A stretch of 64,000 nucleotides of DNA from Octopus sinensis (GCF_006345805.1 NC_043019.1:2108001-2172000); one strand, 5' to 3'; shown: positions 10,505-24,192, numbered from the stretch's first letter. The notes: a model not told the origin generated them from the sequence alone. Numbers and translations are program-made.

Positions 10505-12594
10505 TAATTATTACCTTTGAAGGTTATTTTTTCCATGCTGACCACTTGATAAAATCGTTATTTTATTTTTAAATTAACGATCTTATCCTTATTTATATAA
10601 ATTTATATATATACGTATAAACACACACACACACACACTTATGTAACTCTTTTGACTATGAATTGATAATGCATGCTATAATGGTACAGTAGTTATAAAT
10701 TTCTATTTTATAAAACTTGTTCTCTTATGTGAATTTCATGAAGTTTCTTTATAATTACATTTCCATAAGTACGTAACAAGACTTACTTTCGGCATATTTT
10801 GAAGACAATGCAGCGCAATTCTTAACTGCCCCGTTGGACTGGCATTTCAAGATGCCAAGAGCCGATTGCACTAAATATACGTTGATTAATCATATAAGAT
10901 CTAAATCTGTATCCATATTTAATCTTACATTTCCAAGTGCCGTAAACCAACGGCACTAAATATACGAAAATTAAGCATATGGGATTCAACACCTTAACCA
11001 TCTTTATAATTATCGTAGTAAATTGTATTTGGTAGTACTACCTCTAGGACAAAGAGGACTCAATACTGGATAACAGAGTGGTAAGAATTCTATCTTTCAA
11101 ATCGTGCTATTTGACGCTTTGTAATCGTTTCATTTCGGTTGAAAGTCTTCGAAGTGATGAAATATTTGGAACGTGGGAATGTTATGTAAAGATCAGTGAC
11201 GCAGTTTATAGATTAATCAGTTTTGTTAATCAGGATAAGGGTTTATTTACTTTTATCACATTCGTATTTTGCTAGAGCTGTTTAGTTTTTTATATTTTGT
11301 AAGAGGAATTTGATAGTATTATTGTGTTTGTTTGTTTTTTTTATGTTTGAGTGAATGTGCATATGAGCACGTGTGCTTGTGTATGTGTATGTTTCTGCGT
11401 GTGAGTGTATTTGTGGTTGTGCGTGTGTTTGTGTGTTTGTGTGTTTGCGTGTGTTTATTGATTCGGTAGGTGTGTGCTAAAATTGCAATTAAATTCTAAA
11501 AGATTTTTTATTATTAGAAATCATGTTTGAAATAAGTTCTTAAAGGTGTGGTCATTCTCTTGGCGAATGAATGTGTATGTGTGCGTGTTGCGAGTTCTCT
11601 CAGGCAAATTACAAATGAGAAATATATCTCACTTTCAATGATTAAATACAAAATAATAGAAAAGGAAATTAAAGTGTCTTTAGCTGTTATGTCAAACAGT
11701 GACAGTTAGCTGACGAATTTAAGGTAAAGGTTAGCAAGGTGTGAATATATATTGACGGAAGTGTTGTGAGAGAGAAGGAAATGGTAGGAGAATCTCCAGA
11801 ATTCCAGGTGCCTGAATCTACCAAATCTATACACATTCAACACACACTCTGATATCAACATCCGTACCAACACCTCCACCGACCCTTGTATATGATACGT
11901 CAACTCGAGTCAGCTGGTCATAACCTTAACTTCTACATCAAACTTTCACCCTTTGACTTCGCTCTTAAATATTCTTTCTGTTCATTTGTTGTTATTAATT
12001 TTCTCCGTTTAAATTAGAATTTTTTTTATCTAATATACCATTCCCTGTGCATACAAACACGCGTACGCTCCCTTAAGTTAATTCAAACCTGAGTTTGCAA
12101 AAACAAAATCGTTTAGAATTTGCTTCCAGTTCACCATACACCTGCCAAATCCACAAATACGTACAGACACATACCAGAACAGAAACACGCACTCACACAC
12201 AATAAAATAACGTAACTAAATGATCAAGCTTTCGATTGCTAATGTAAAACCAACAAAAACGAAGCTAACAATAAAGAAACTAATTCCAATCAGAAAACCA
12301 TCCTTGTTCAACACACTGCCCATCAAACGTATTATGCCATTTCCACAACACCTCAGTTACCACCTGCTTTATTAGCTCAACGATTCCTCGCTGAGATTTA
12401 TGCATTCGTCACTGTGATGCAATGAGCCATTGAATTATATACATGTGTGAATGTGTATATATATATACATAAGATACATATATAGCGTATATATGTATCT
12501 TATGTTAGCTGCTTCTTCTAGCATGTAAAAATTACCTGTTAAAGGGAAGTTTTCTTTGTTGTTTAAATGTAACTATTTTAAAATAGAATTATAT

Positions 12595-12658
<64 letters not shown>

Positions 12659-12660
12659 CT

Positions 12661-13022
12661 ATATATGAAAAAACAAGTCAAAAATAGAAAATGCTAAGAT
12701 GATTTTATAGTGAATCTTTCAGTACCGGTTTCGGGCATTTTGAGACCTTTAAACTGTAACGATTAAATAATTAATTTAGAAAAATTAGAAGAAAAGTTTT
12801 TTTAAAAGAATATTTCTGTAGTAGTGTTCAGATATAAGTAGCCCATTCTCTGAACACTACTACAGAAATATTCTTTTAAAAAAACTTTCTTTCTAATTTT
12901 CTAAATTTAATTATTTAATCGTTACAGTTGAAAAGGTCTCAAAATGACCGAAACCGGTACTGAAAGATTCACTATAAAATCATCTTAGCATTTTCTATTT
13001 TTGACTTGTTTTTTCATATATA
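12661..13022. mobile_element. Inverted pair of PLE terminal repeats (arms about 172 bp, 16-nt spacer) between (TA)n tracts
   Basis: Arms 12661-12832 and 12849-13022. The same sequence lies at 43099-43262, downstream of a PLE GIY-YIG ORF. Confidence 0.85.
12922..12965 (+). ncRNA. Minimal type I hammerhead ribozyme, U3:A8 variant
   Basis: P1 TTaCAG/CTGaAA; core TTGAAAA (12928-12934); P2 GGTC-[TCAAAAT]-GACC; GAAA 12950-12953; palindromic P3 ACCGGT; triplet GUA. Confidence 0.75.
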
Positions 13023-13233
13023 TCACGTCGTGTTCCTTTCCACCCTTATACATATATATATATATATATTATATATATATATATAATATTATATTATATA
13101 TAATTAATAAATTTTAGGGTAGCAAAAAATTCTAGAAAAATCTCGCTACCAGCGGTCAAGTGAAGGAGAAAAAATAGTCAATAGACTATATAATATAATA
13201 TACATTCAAACATATAAGGGACGGCCATAATAA

Positions 13234-13540
13234 GACATCCGACTCACTAGAAAGAGCAGCCAAACTCCAAACCACTAATAGTTGTAATTCTGAAATGGAA
13301 AGAGAAATAAAAACGTTTACCCTTTCCTTTTCTGGACTATACCATATATGTTGGTCCTTGGCTTTTCTGCTGACGAGACAACGCCAGTGATAATAAATTA
13401 ATTAAATTAATTATTACTAAAGATGTCGAAACTATGCATAGTCCAGAAAGGAAAGGGTAAACGTTTTATTCTCTTTCCATTTCAGAATTACAACTATTAG
13501 TGGTTTGGAGTTTGGCTGCTCTTTCTGGTGAGTCGGATGT

Positions 13541-13541
<1 letters not shown>
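13234..13541. repeat. Inverted repeat (arms 13234-13340 and 13438-13541) enclosing a hammerhead
   Basis: Arms are reverse complements over about 105 bp; the right arm ends in (TA)n. Confidence 0.9.
13362..13451 (+). ncRNA. Type I hammerhead ribozyme, canonical
   Basis: 8-bp P1 CTTTTCTG/CAGAAAGG; CTGACGA (13370-13376); P2 GACA/TGTC with an AT-rich hairpin extension; GAAA 13428-13431; palindromic P3 ACTATGCATAGT; GUC, with the cut after 13443. Confidence 0.88.
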
Positions 13542-13581
<40 letters not shown>

Positions 13582-13622
13582 CATATATAAAACATATATG
13601 TGTATGTATGAATTTATGTATG

Positions 13623-13663
<41 letters not shown>

Positions 13664-13945
13664 ACATATATTCCTACATACATGCATGCATGCATGCATA
13701 CATACATGAATACATACATACAGACATACATATATACATACGCACGTACGTATGTACATTACACACTTATACACCCCGGACAAAACACTCATTGATATTT
13801 CTTCAGGATCTTTACGTTCTGAGTTCAAATTCTGCTGCAGGTTCAGTAACATAGATATCAGATAAACAATTGAGTCAATGTGGTCGACTAGACCCCCTCC
13901 TCCAAAATTTCAGATCTTGTACCTATAACTGAAAAGATTATTATT

Positions 13946-13980
<35 letters not shown>

Positions 13981-14049
13981 TATCATTATTATTATTATTA
14001 TCATTATTATTATTACTATCAATCATCATTATTATCGTCATCATTAAAT

Positions 14050-14451
14050 GAGCGAGCATTAAAATATACGAAGCCCAGTATACCCATCAGGTCTACCCGT
14101 CTGATAAGGGTAGTCCTGATGGGTATAACCAGGCACACGCATCACAACCGTATATCGCGACATGGTGATCTCATATCAAGATAAACAGCACATGATTTTT
14201 TGCAGGTGTGGCCCACTTAGAATTTTCTTTAGATCGAGCATCCCATCCCGCTGAATAAGGGTTGTTGAACGAAACACCCTTGTTTCCAAAGGTAAATTAT
14301 CCAAACCTCAAAGATGCTGCTGCCCCACAACTTCTGTTCGTGATCAGAAATACACATATCGTCAGCCACTAAGGGACATGCTCAACTGGTTATGGTCAAA
14401 CAACTGACAAGCAAATCTGTGGTACTGAGCAGAATATTTGCTGCAGTCCAT
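14050..14451 (-). mobile_element. Family E retroposon, truncated
   Basis: Homologous to 14490-15047 and flanked by ATT/ATC repeats; strand inferred from truncation polarity. Confidence 0.8.
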
Positions 14452-14489
14452 GTATTATTTTTATTATTACCATTATTATTATTATTATT

Positions 14490-15044
14490 GAGTGAGAGAG
14501 CAGTTCATGCCATCAAAGTGACACTGGGGTAAAATATACGAAGCCCAATATACCCATCATGACTACCCGTCTGATAAAGGTAACACCCAGGCACATGCAT
14601 CACAACCATATGTGCGCGACATGGTGATCTCATATCAAGATAAACAGCACATGACCTTGCAGGTGGGGCCAGTTAGAATTTTCTTCAGGTTGAGTAGCCC
14701 ATCCCGCTCAAACGGTCCCTGAATAAGGGTTGCTTAAGGATGTTGAAAGAACCACCCATGTTTCCAGAGGTGAACTATTCAAACCCCAAAGAATCCCTCT
14801 CAACACATGGCTATGATGCTCCCCCACTACTTCTGCTCGTGATCAGAGATGCACATATCGTCAGCCACTAAGGGACATGCTCAACTGGTTAAGGTCAAAC
14901 AACTGACAAGCAAATCTGTGGTATTGAGCAGAATATTTGCTGTAGCCCATCTTTTATACCAAGACAAAACAATGTACATGATAACACTTCCAATCAGTTA
15001 AGATCAGAAGCCATGAGAGCCCTGCCTGGTACTGCATCAGGGCA

Positions 15045-15047
<3 letters not shown>
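14490..15047 (-). mobile_element. Family E retroposon, full length (about 560 bp), embedded in (ATT)n
   Basis: Boundaries GAGTGAGAGAGCAG...ATCAGGGCATTT are shared with the copies at 28901 and 34332. Confidence 0.85.
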
Positions 15048-15083
<36 letters not shown>

Positions 15084-15103
15084 CATTATTAATTATTATT
15101 ATA

Positions 15104-15135
<32 letters not shown>

Positions 15136-15169
15136 CATTATATTATTATTATGATCATTAATATTGATA

Positions 15170-15211
<42 letters not shown>

Positions 15212-15444
15212 TCATTATAATACAGTTCTATATTTAGGGTAAACAGACTGTGGACAGTTTATTAATTTCATCCTCTCTTTTCTTCATAATTGGAGTGGGT
15301 AGTATGTTTTGGGGGTAGTTGTTGCTTAATAGATTGTTACTGAGCGTGATCATTTCTTCGTGGTGGGTATCACGATATAATCAACTTACCTTTCACCCGA
15401 AATTTCTGGTCTTGTGCCAAAATCTGAAATTATTATTATTGATT

Positions 15445-15900
15445 GAGAGAGAGCTGTGCATGCCATCAAAGTGACACTGGAGTAGAAATATGCGAAGCCC
15501 TATATACCCATCATGACTACCCGTCTGATAACTGCACACCAAGCACGTGCATCACAACCTTATGTGTGCGACAGGATGATATCATAACAGAGCATTCCCT
15601 TGCAGGTGCGACCCAGTTAGAATTTTCTTCAGGTCGAATAGACCATCCCGCTCAAAGGTCACTGAATAAGGGTTGTTTAAGGATGTTGAACAAAACACCT
15701 ATGTTTCCAAGGGTGAATTATTCAAGCCCCAAAGAATTCCTCTCGACACATGGCTATGATGCTCCCCTGCTACTTCTGCTCGTGATCAGAAATGCACATA
15801 CCATCAGCCACAAAGGGACAAACTCAATCTGTTAAGGTTAAACAACTGACAAGAAAATCTGTTGTCTTTGAGCAGAATATTTGCGGTAGCTCATCTTTTA
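15445..15900 (-). mobile_element. Family E retroposon, truncated
   Basis: Homology to 14490-15047. Confidence 0.8.
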
Positions 15901-16044
15901 AACCATAATTATATTCCCTTGAGGTCGACTTTGCCTTTAATCTTTTCGGGGTCACTAAAATAAGTACCAGTGACACACTGGGTCGATGTAATCGACTAGT
16001 TCCCTCTCTCCAAATTTCAGGCCTTGTGCCCTTAGTAGAAAGGA

Positions 16045-16375
<331 letters not shown>

Positions 16376-16883
16376 GAGGCGGCAAGATCTCAGGCTTTGT
16401 ACCGATAGTAGAAAGGATTATCACTGCTGCTACTACTACTAGTACTACTATTTTCAATTTGTTGGATGCCTTTTTTATCCTTTCATTGATTCCTTCCGCC
16501 CATTGCAACTGATCCGTGTAAGATTCTGTGCAATGTTTTACAAAGTCTGTCATATACATATATATATATATATAATATATATATATTTATATATATAGTG
16601 AGGGTTGCGTTACATGATTTCCCATCGATCATGTTATAGGCTATAGTTAAAATCTTGGCGTTTAAGAGTTATATATTATCGCTTCTACATAAAGTTGTTG
16701 CTCCTAAGTTCAAGTGACCGAATTTTTCCCCTTGTAGGTTTCTACATTTGAAATAGTATTTCGTTTTACTTTGATCAAATTTTCTGTCTGCGCGTCCATT
16801 GTTTTGGTTTTTCGTTTTTATTGCACACTCACAAGCAGAATACATCTTTAGATCCCTATCTGTCAAATTTCTTTATCTAAAGT

Positions 16884-17420
16884 AAGGGTTTTCAACCGGG
16901 GCCCATATGGCCATTGGGTATTCATAAAAGATTTTATCATCAAAATTTATCTGCAAGAAATTACTTATACTTCTACAATGCACAAAATAATTTAACAATA
17001 TTCTTTCTACAATTCCTAAACATATAGTGGATTTGGTAGACGGAAGCTGAAAGAAGCCTGTCGTATATGTATATATATATATGTGTGTGTGTGTTTGTTT
17101 GTCTGTGTTTGTCCCCCTAGCATTGCTTGACAACCGATGCTGGTGTGTTTACGTCCCCGTCACTTAGCGGTTCGGCAAAAGAGACCGATAGAATAAGTAC
17201 TGGGCTTACAAAGAATAAGTCCCGGGGTCGATTTCCTCGACTAAAGGCGGTGCTCCAGCATGGCCGCAGTCAAAATGACTGAAACAAGTAAAAGAGTAAA
17301 AGAGTATATCTAATTATAAAAATGTAATAGGATTTTTTTTAATATTGAATAGCTACGAGGATCCATTTCAGGAAAATAATAATTAAAGTGAGTCCATAAG
17401 CAGAAAATGGTTAAGAAATG
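16884..17420. mobile_element. hAT/Charlie-like MITE, diverged, split by a SINE A
   Basis: 16884-17025 and 17305-17420 align to the two halves of 21536-21794. Confidence 0.6.
17026..17304 (+). mobile_element. SINE family A, 5'-truncated
   Basis: Body and tail match; a second tail-only copy lies at 17421-17553. Confidence 0.9.
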
Positions 17421-17911
17421 ACTTAGCGGTTCGGCAAAAAAGACCGATAGAATAAGTACTAGGCTTACAAAGAATAAGTCATGGGGTCGATTTCCTCGAC
17501 TAAAGGCGGTGCTCCAGCATGGCCATAGTCAAAAGTCTGAAACAAGTAAAAGAGTATATACATGCATGTGTATATATATATATATTATATATATATATAT
17601 ACATATATATATTTATGCATACAAACACACACATATATATATGTATATACATAAGTATATATACACACACACATACATACAACATATATATGTATATATA
17701 CATACATATATGTATACACACAAATATATATATATACATATAAGTATACACACATACACACATGTATAAAAGAAAAATGCTAAAAAAAAGTACTAAAAAG
17801 CGTACTTAATGCATTTTCCATTTATTGAGTAACTGAACGCCACACATCCCGTCTTTTGTTAACTGTAAATTTATATATATACATATATGGGGAGAGAGAG
17901 GGAGAGAGAGC

Positions 17912-17943
<32 letters not shown>

Positions 17944-18213
17944 GAAATTTTTGTGAAGATGGTAATCCCTGTATTTATTGTACAACTGATTTTTATGCCC
18001 GTTTTTTGAGCTAATGAGTAATAAAAATTTTAGTAGAAGATAAAAATGTCGGTTGTCAGTAATTTACATCCAAATAAACGAAATCGTGCTTCTAGTGATT
18101 TATAAGACGTGATTGGACGGGAAACGTTGTTCCGTTCATGTACTTTTAGGAGCAATAAACACATGTATATATTAAAATTATTCAATATCCTACCGCTGGT
18201 CTTTTCTTTTAAA

Positions 18214-18628
18214 GAGGCAGCGAGCTGGCAGAAGCTTTAGCGCGCCGGGCGAAATGCTTAGCGGTCTTTCGTTTGTCGTTACGTTCTGAGTTCAAATTCC
18301 GCCGAGGTCGACTTTGCCTTTCATCCTCTCGAGGTCGATAAATAAAGTACCAGTTACGCACTGAGGTCGATGTAGTCGACTTAATACCTATGTCTGTCCT
18401 TGTTTGTCCCCTCTGTGTTTAGCCCCTTGTCGGTAGTAAAGAAATAGGTATTTCGTCTGTCGTTACCTTCTGAGTTCAAATTCCGCCGAGGTTGAGTTTG
18501 CTTTTCATCCTCTCGCATTCGATAAATAAAGTACCAGTTTCGCACTGGGGTCGATGTAATCGACTTAATCCCTTTGTCTGTCCTTGTTTGTCCCCTCTAT
18601 GTTTATCCCCTTGTGGGTAGTAAAGAAA
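18214..18628 (+). mobile_element. SINE family B dimer
   Basis: A full unit plus a head-truncated unit; 23-bp direct repeat TATATATTAAAATTATTCAATAT at 18166-18188 and 18629-18651. Confidence 0.9.
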
Positions 18629-19288
18629 TATATATTAAAATTATTCAATATATACATCCACTCACACCCACACGTATACAAATGCAATTATGTGTGTGTG
18701 TGTGTGTGTGTGTGTTATGAAGGCGATGTACACGAAAGGGAGATGCCGCAACGGGAGGGGGTGAATGCTGACGATTAAAGTTATAGCATATCAAATCTTA
18801 CCTTCCATCTCCCGTTCCAACATTACAATTTCTTCTTTCTTCTCTTCTTTTCTTCAATTTTATCTGATGCGGATTACGGTTAACAAAGTGATTTATTCCG
18901 TTCTGTTTACGAACAGAAAACGGTTCCTTTAATGTAGAATTGTTCAATATCACTAAAGGTGAATCCTTGGTAATCGTTCGCTAATTCTTTATAAGTGCAA
19001 ACGTTTTCATTTGCTTTTATTATGCAGTCTTTACTCATGGATAAACTTTACTGCTTGGCGATTAGAAGATGGTGTACAACATTCAAATGTTAGATGTATG
19101 AGAATATACATACGTATACCCTGGCCTATTCCCCATTTTTTCTTAGGAGAGGGTAGCCACAGCAAGACATACACCAGTCTTTCCATTCATTTCCCAGATC
19201 AAAAGGGCGACACCCGTTCTATGCTCGGGTCAAGGCATAGAACGCAAACCCCATTATATATATATATATATATATCTATATATATATA

Positions 19289-19360
<72 letters not shown>

Positions 19361-19491
19361 TTTAAAAATATACAAACTGGGACAAGAACGTGAAACATTT
19401 AGAAGACGACACAAAAAACACGGACGAGACATTCGAAGCCCTCATTCTTCAGTCAAGAACCGGATCATCTTCGCAATTTCGGCTGATTAAT

Positions 19492-19540
<49 letters not shown>

Positions 19541-19916
19541 TGTGTGCATGCATGTATGTATGTGTGTACGTATGTCAGTTTTATTTCAAGATTTTTTGCC
19601 AATAAAGAGAGAGACACTTTCTAACCTGGATCAAAGACTCCGTCATTAGAATTTCATCAACAACAAGGTCTTTTTCTATGCATGTATTTAGTATGTATAC
19701 ATGTATGTATGTATGCATGTATGTATGTATGTATGCATGTATGTATGTATGTATGTATGTATGTATGTATGTATGCATGTATATAAGTATATATGTATGT
19801 GTGCAAATTTGTATGATTTGTTGTATGTATGTATGCATGTATGCATGTATGTATGTATGTATGTATGTATGTATGTATGTATGTATGTATGTATGTATGT
19901 ATGTATGTATAGAGTA

Positions 19917-20475
19917 ACTGGTTAGAATTAAAGCAGATTTCTCAATAGTTCAGTATAGATATTCTCTTTTTCACTAATCTTCAGCATCCTACTTGGCAGC
20001 TAATTTCCACAACTGTGCACAGTTTCTCTTCCTATCCCAAATCATTATATCAGGTCAGTTGTGCTTACATATTATTGAAGTCTTCACTGGGACATTTCAT
20101 CAGTGCTTCTTTTCACTATGAGTGGTTATGGCTTCTACCATACTGTGGGTTCTTATTTTTTTTTCCCCGGGGTTATCCTTCCGACGGATTTCATTATAGA
20201 ATGTCCTAACTACAACATCATGTCTCATCGGCAGATAATATTGTGATGACATTTTCGAACAACTGCTTATGATGTGGGTGATACCCTCGGTGTTAACTCC
20301 ACGAAGTCTGCATTGGTGGTCACATTTTACTGCTTTTCCAACTTCTCTGTCCCTTTTATATGTCAGGTATTTGGTTGATATTTCCTGTCCCTGGAATGCA
20401 AACGCATACCCTTCAAAGTGGGAGGTAGTAATCCGGCTATTGGTCCATGATAAACTACTTTGAGGATCAGTGTTA
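19917..20475 (-). pseudogene. R4/Dong-type RLE LINE ORF fragment
   Basis: Translates with stops and frameshifts to the zinc knuckle CRLRGVNTEGITHIISSCSKMSSQYYLPMRHDVV and the RLE region (R)PDIMIWDRK...KENIYTELLRNL. Confidence 0.85.
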
Positions 20476-21010
20476 CTATCATCACGGAGCTTTCATATTT
20501 CCCTCCAAGTTTACCATGTGCGTCACAAGATAGTACCACAGAAAGAGATCCGCAGTTTTGTTACCAAGGAGTAAAATAACTTGGAGGGAAATACGAATTT
20601 ACTCATCTATATAAGTTTAGATATGCTGACTAACTTGTGTTATGTTCTGATGGCGCGTGATCAGAAGTTTTAAAGGGTTGGTTTTCCTAACATTTTCAAA
20701 TTTATAACTCTCGAAATATTATGTTGATAAAGAAAATGATTTTTTATAATTCTATTCCAGAAACGCGTCCATAATTAATCGAAGACTGTTTGATTCCATT
20801 ATTTTTCTTCTTTTTACCTATGTGAGTTACAAATATTGTTATCTGCGGAGACATATTTTGTAGGAAAAAGAAATAGCGGTCTCTTGGCTGCTATTTCTAA
20901 ATTTTCGATATGTGGTGAAGCAATATATTATTGTTATATATATACATACATAATATATATATACATACATACATACATACATATATATATATATACATAC
21001 ATACATACGT

Positions 21011-21061
<51 letters not shown>

Positions 21062-21068
21062 GGCAGGC

Positions 21069-21099
<31 letters not shown>

Positions 21100-21114
21100 T
21101 AGATACATACATAC

Positions 21115-21166
<52 letters not shown>

Positions 21167-21535
21167 TTGTTTCTATATATGAATTATAGACGAAGGTATC
21201 GCCGAGTAGCGAAGAAGTCTGCTTCCTGCTCGAGTCAACAAAGCCTTATAAATGAAACGGGTTGACTAAAACTGTATAGCAGCACGCTTTACTATATACA
21301 CTGCGCCACAGTAATTCTGCCTGACATTTACATTAAGAATACACTTACCTGTACACTATTCAGTTACCTAAATATGCTTTCAGGAATCATCAGTCCATCT
21401 GATGGAATAACGAGATACACTTTTCCGAAACCGACAGAGATCCAACTATTATACACTTCCTGTCAATGTGACATGTATATATATATTTTTAATTGGTTCA
21501 TAAGGAAAAGATAATAGACCCCTGATCATTCAAGG

Positions 21536-21794
21536 CAGTGGGTCTCAACCGGTGTCCATATGACCCTTAGGACTCCATATAAGATTTTGTTGCTAAAATT
21601 TATGTGCCATACAATACACAAAATATTTTGTGTTTGTTTTTATATAATTCCTAATAATATCTAAATTATAAAAATCACAGTAGGAATTTACATATATATG
21701 CATCAAATGGCTATGGAGGTCCAGCAGAGTAAAATAGGAACCAAAGGATTCCATAGGGATTCATAGGTATAAAAAAAACGGTTGTGAACCACTG
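21536..21794. mobile_element. hAT/Charlie-like MITE
   Basis: TIRs CAGTGGGTCTCAACC / GGTTGTGAACCACTG; 8-bp flanks ATTCAAGG and ATCTAAGG (6/8 identical). Confidence 0.8.
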
Positions 21795-22685
21795 ATCTAA
21801 GGCCTCCGAACCTGTTTTATGTGATTGACGCCCATGTAGTTTATTGAACTAACATTTTAGGAAAGAAGCATTGAAGTTCGAGGCCCGAAAGGAGTCGGTT
21901 ACATACCACGTACCCAACTAGTTAGCTCTGAGGAGCAAGGACCATTTTTACTTGTGGTTGAAATTTCACAGTCGAGAGACTGCGTGTCTGTGAACTAAAG
22001 TTTGAAGTATAAGGTTGGATGAATCTTTCCTTATCCAGTAGCTTTAATATGCTTGTAAGTGCAACAACAGTAGTATATATTGTTATATATCGGGTCGGTA
22101 TTTCGTTATGAGTCTAACTTGAGCTTTGTAGTGTTTCAGGAACAATTGAGGCTGAGTTATCTTTTGTTCTTGAAGAAAAAGGGTAGACTTTGCTAAATAC
22201 CTTCTGCCTCTGAAAAGACTGATAATACCCTCTAATGCGGTTTGTGACCCTGAAAACTAAAATAAAGTCGTACGGGGAAGCTTTAGCCCTGATGAGTATG
22301 AGTCACGAACAAACATCGGAGTCTTTACATATTCGCTTGGCCTGATACAAGTAGCTGTCGAATCTCACTCAAACCATATTTTAGTGTCTTAAAGAAGGAT
22401 ACATTGGATAGTGTGACCCTGGCTTCCCGTCACATCAGAATAAACCTGATGGCACGGTTGGAAGGTCTGCTAGGCCAATAATGAAGGTAACAACTTCAAT
22501 GATTATAGATATTATGAAGCCTAGCATGTGTATAACATATATTATACATACATTATTATACACGCTCACAAATAGTAGAGATGCTTAGAGATGCACAAAC
22601 ACTTACATACTTATATACATATACAGCACTCATACGCGCGCACACACACACTCACACAAACACACACAGACAAATACACACACAA

Positions 22686-22727
<42 letters not shown>

Positions 22728-22870
22728 GTACACATGGATGAACGGCAATGTCGACTTCGGCGGAATTTCAAACTTAGAACATAAAGCCGGATGAAATTCT
22801 ACTGAACATTTTGTCCGGCATGCTAACGATTCAGTTAGCTTGCCGCCTTGTTTTCAATAAAAAGAAAATA

Positions 22871-23262
22871 GCAGGAGTGGCTGTGAAGTAAGTAGCTTGC
22901 TTACCAACCACATGGTTCCGGTTTCAGTCCCACTGAGTGGCACCTTGGGCAAGTGTCTTCTACTATAGCCTCGGGTCGACCAAAGCCTTGTGAGTGGTTT
23001 TGGTAGACGGAAACTGTGTGTGTGTGTGTGTGTGTATGTGTGTGTCTGTACGTGTGTCTGTGTGTCTGTGTTTGTCCCCCCAACATCGCTTTACAACCGA
23101 TGCTGGTGTCTTTACGTCCCCGTCACTTAGCGGCTCGGCAAGAGTAACCAATAGAATAAGTACTAGGCTTATAAAGAATACGTCCTGGGGTCGATTTGCT
23201 CCACTAAAGGCGGTGCTCCAGCTTGGCCGCAGTCAAATGACTGAAACAAATAAAAGAAAGAA
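22871..23262 (+). mobile_element. SINE family A
   Basis: Full head, body and tail. Confidence 0.9.
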
Positions 23263-23469
23263 AAAAAAAGAATAATGCATAACAGAGGCAGGCGTGTCCG
23301 TGTGCTAAGAATTTTGTTTTCCAACCGCATGGTTCCCGGTTCAATACCACTGCATAGCACGTTCGGTAAGTGTCTTCTTCTATAACCCCAGGCCGACCAT
23401 ATCCTTACGCGTTGATTTAGTAGACGTAAACTAAGTGTATGATGGTGGTTGAAGCTGTTGCTGTTGCTG

Positions 23470-23844
23470 TTGAGCGAAGCGGTCTTCGTACCAGGGCTCG
23501 CAAGATCGCGCCTCTGTAGTGGGAGAAGTCCGAAACGTGGTCCTTTGCTATTCGTAAGGCCCGCAGAAGAGAAAGCAGGTCAACCCCCGACACCGAGAGC
23601 ATCGCCGGATGGATGAATGCGCATCCAGGCTCAGCGGTTGCGTAGGAAGTCGGGGACAAGGAACAGGAAGAAAGAGTGAGAGAGAAAGTTGGGGCGAAAG
23701 AGTACAACAGGGGTCGCCACCAGCCCCTGCCGGAGCCTCGTCGAGCTTTAAGTGTTTTCGCTCAATAAACACACACATAACGCCCAGTCTGCGATCCTCC
23801 GACCGCGAGTTCGCTGCCCTAACCATTGGGCCATTGCGCCTCCA
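23470..23844 (-). mobile_element. SINE family C, tail type 2 (GC-rich)
   Basis: Family-C head at 23700-23844 (-) joined to a distinct GC-rich tail at 23470-23665. Confidence 0.8.
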
Positions 23845-24192
23845 CTTGGTGGTTGAAGCTGGATGCAGATTGAAGTTGTGGTACATACGTGGTACAAGGA
23901 ATGTAAGTTAAAACATGAAAAATTAGGTTAATATAACGGTGGAAACTGTGTGTAAATATCATACACACAAACGTACTCATAAACGCACGTACACACATAC
24001 GCACACAGGCGCACTAGTTCACACACGCGCACACACACGCGTAAAGTAATTCGTTTGTCATATACAACTGGGTAGCGATCATGGGAAATAACTCCTACTG
24101 TTTTATAGAGTTACTTCCCTTGCCAATTTTCGGCTTTACAATAATATCCTACCTACAGCTAGCTTTCTTTTCATCTCGTATTGACTTTACTG

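Noticed and set aside
15443-15835. 130-aa ORF in family E
   Set aside because: The frame is not preserved in other copies and has no recognisable domain.
18917-19094. Two adjacent candidate exons (ENGSFNVELFNITK; LYSWINFTAWRLEDG)
   Set aside because: Their phases are incompatible without a stop, and I recognise no homology.
19400-19460. CTGAAGA...TTCGAATGTC (-) between TA tracts
   Set aside because: GAAT replaces GAAA and there is no G10.1:C11.1 closure.
21399-21440. CTGATGGAA...TTCCGAAACCGAC
   Set aside because: A9 is missing and helix III and the cleavage triplet are broken. Similar failures at about 27965 (-), 46664, 46846 and 50630 (-) were also not called.
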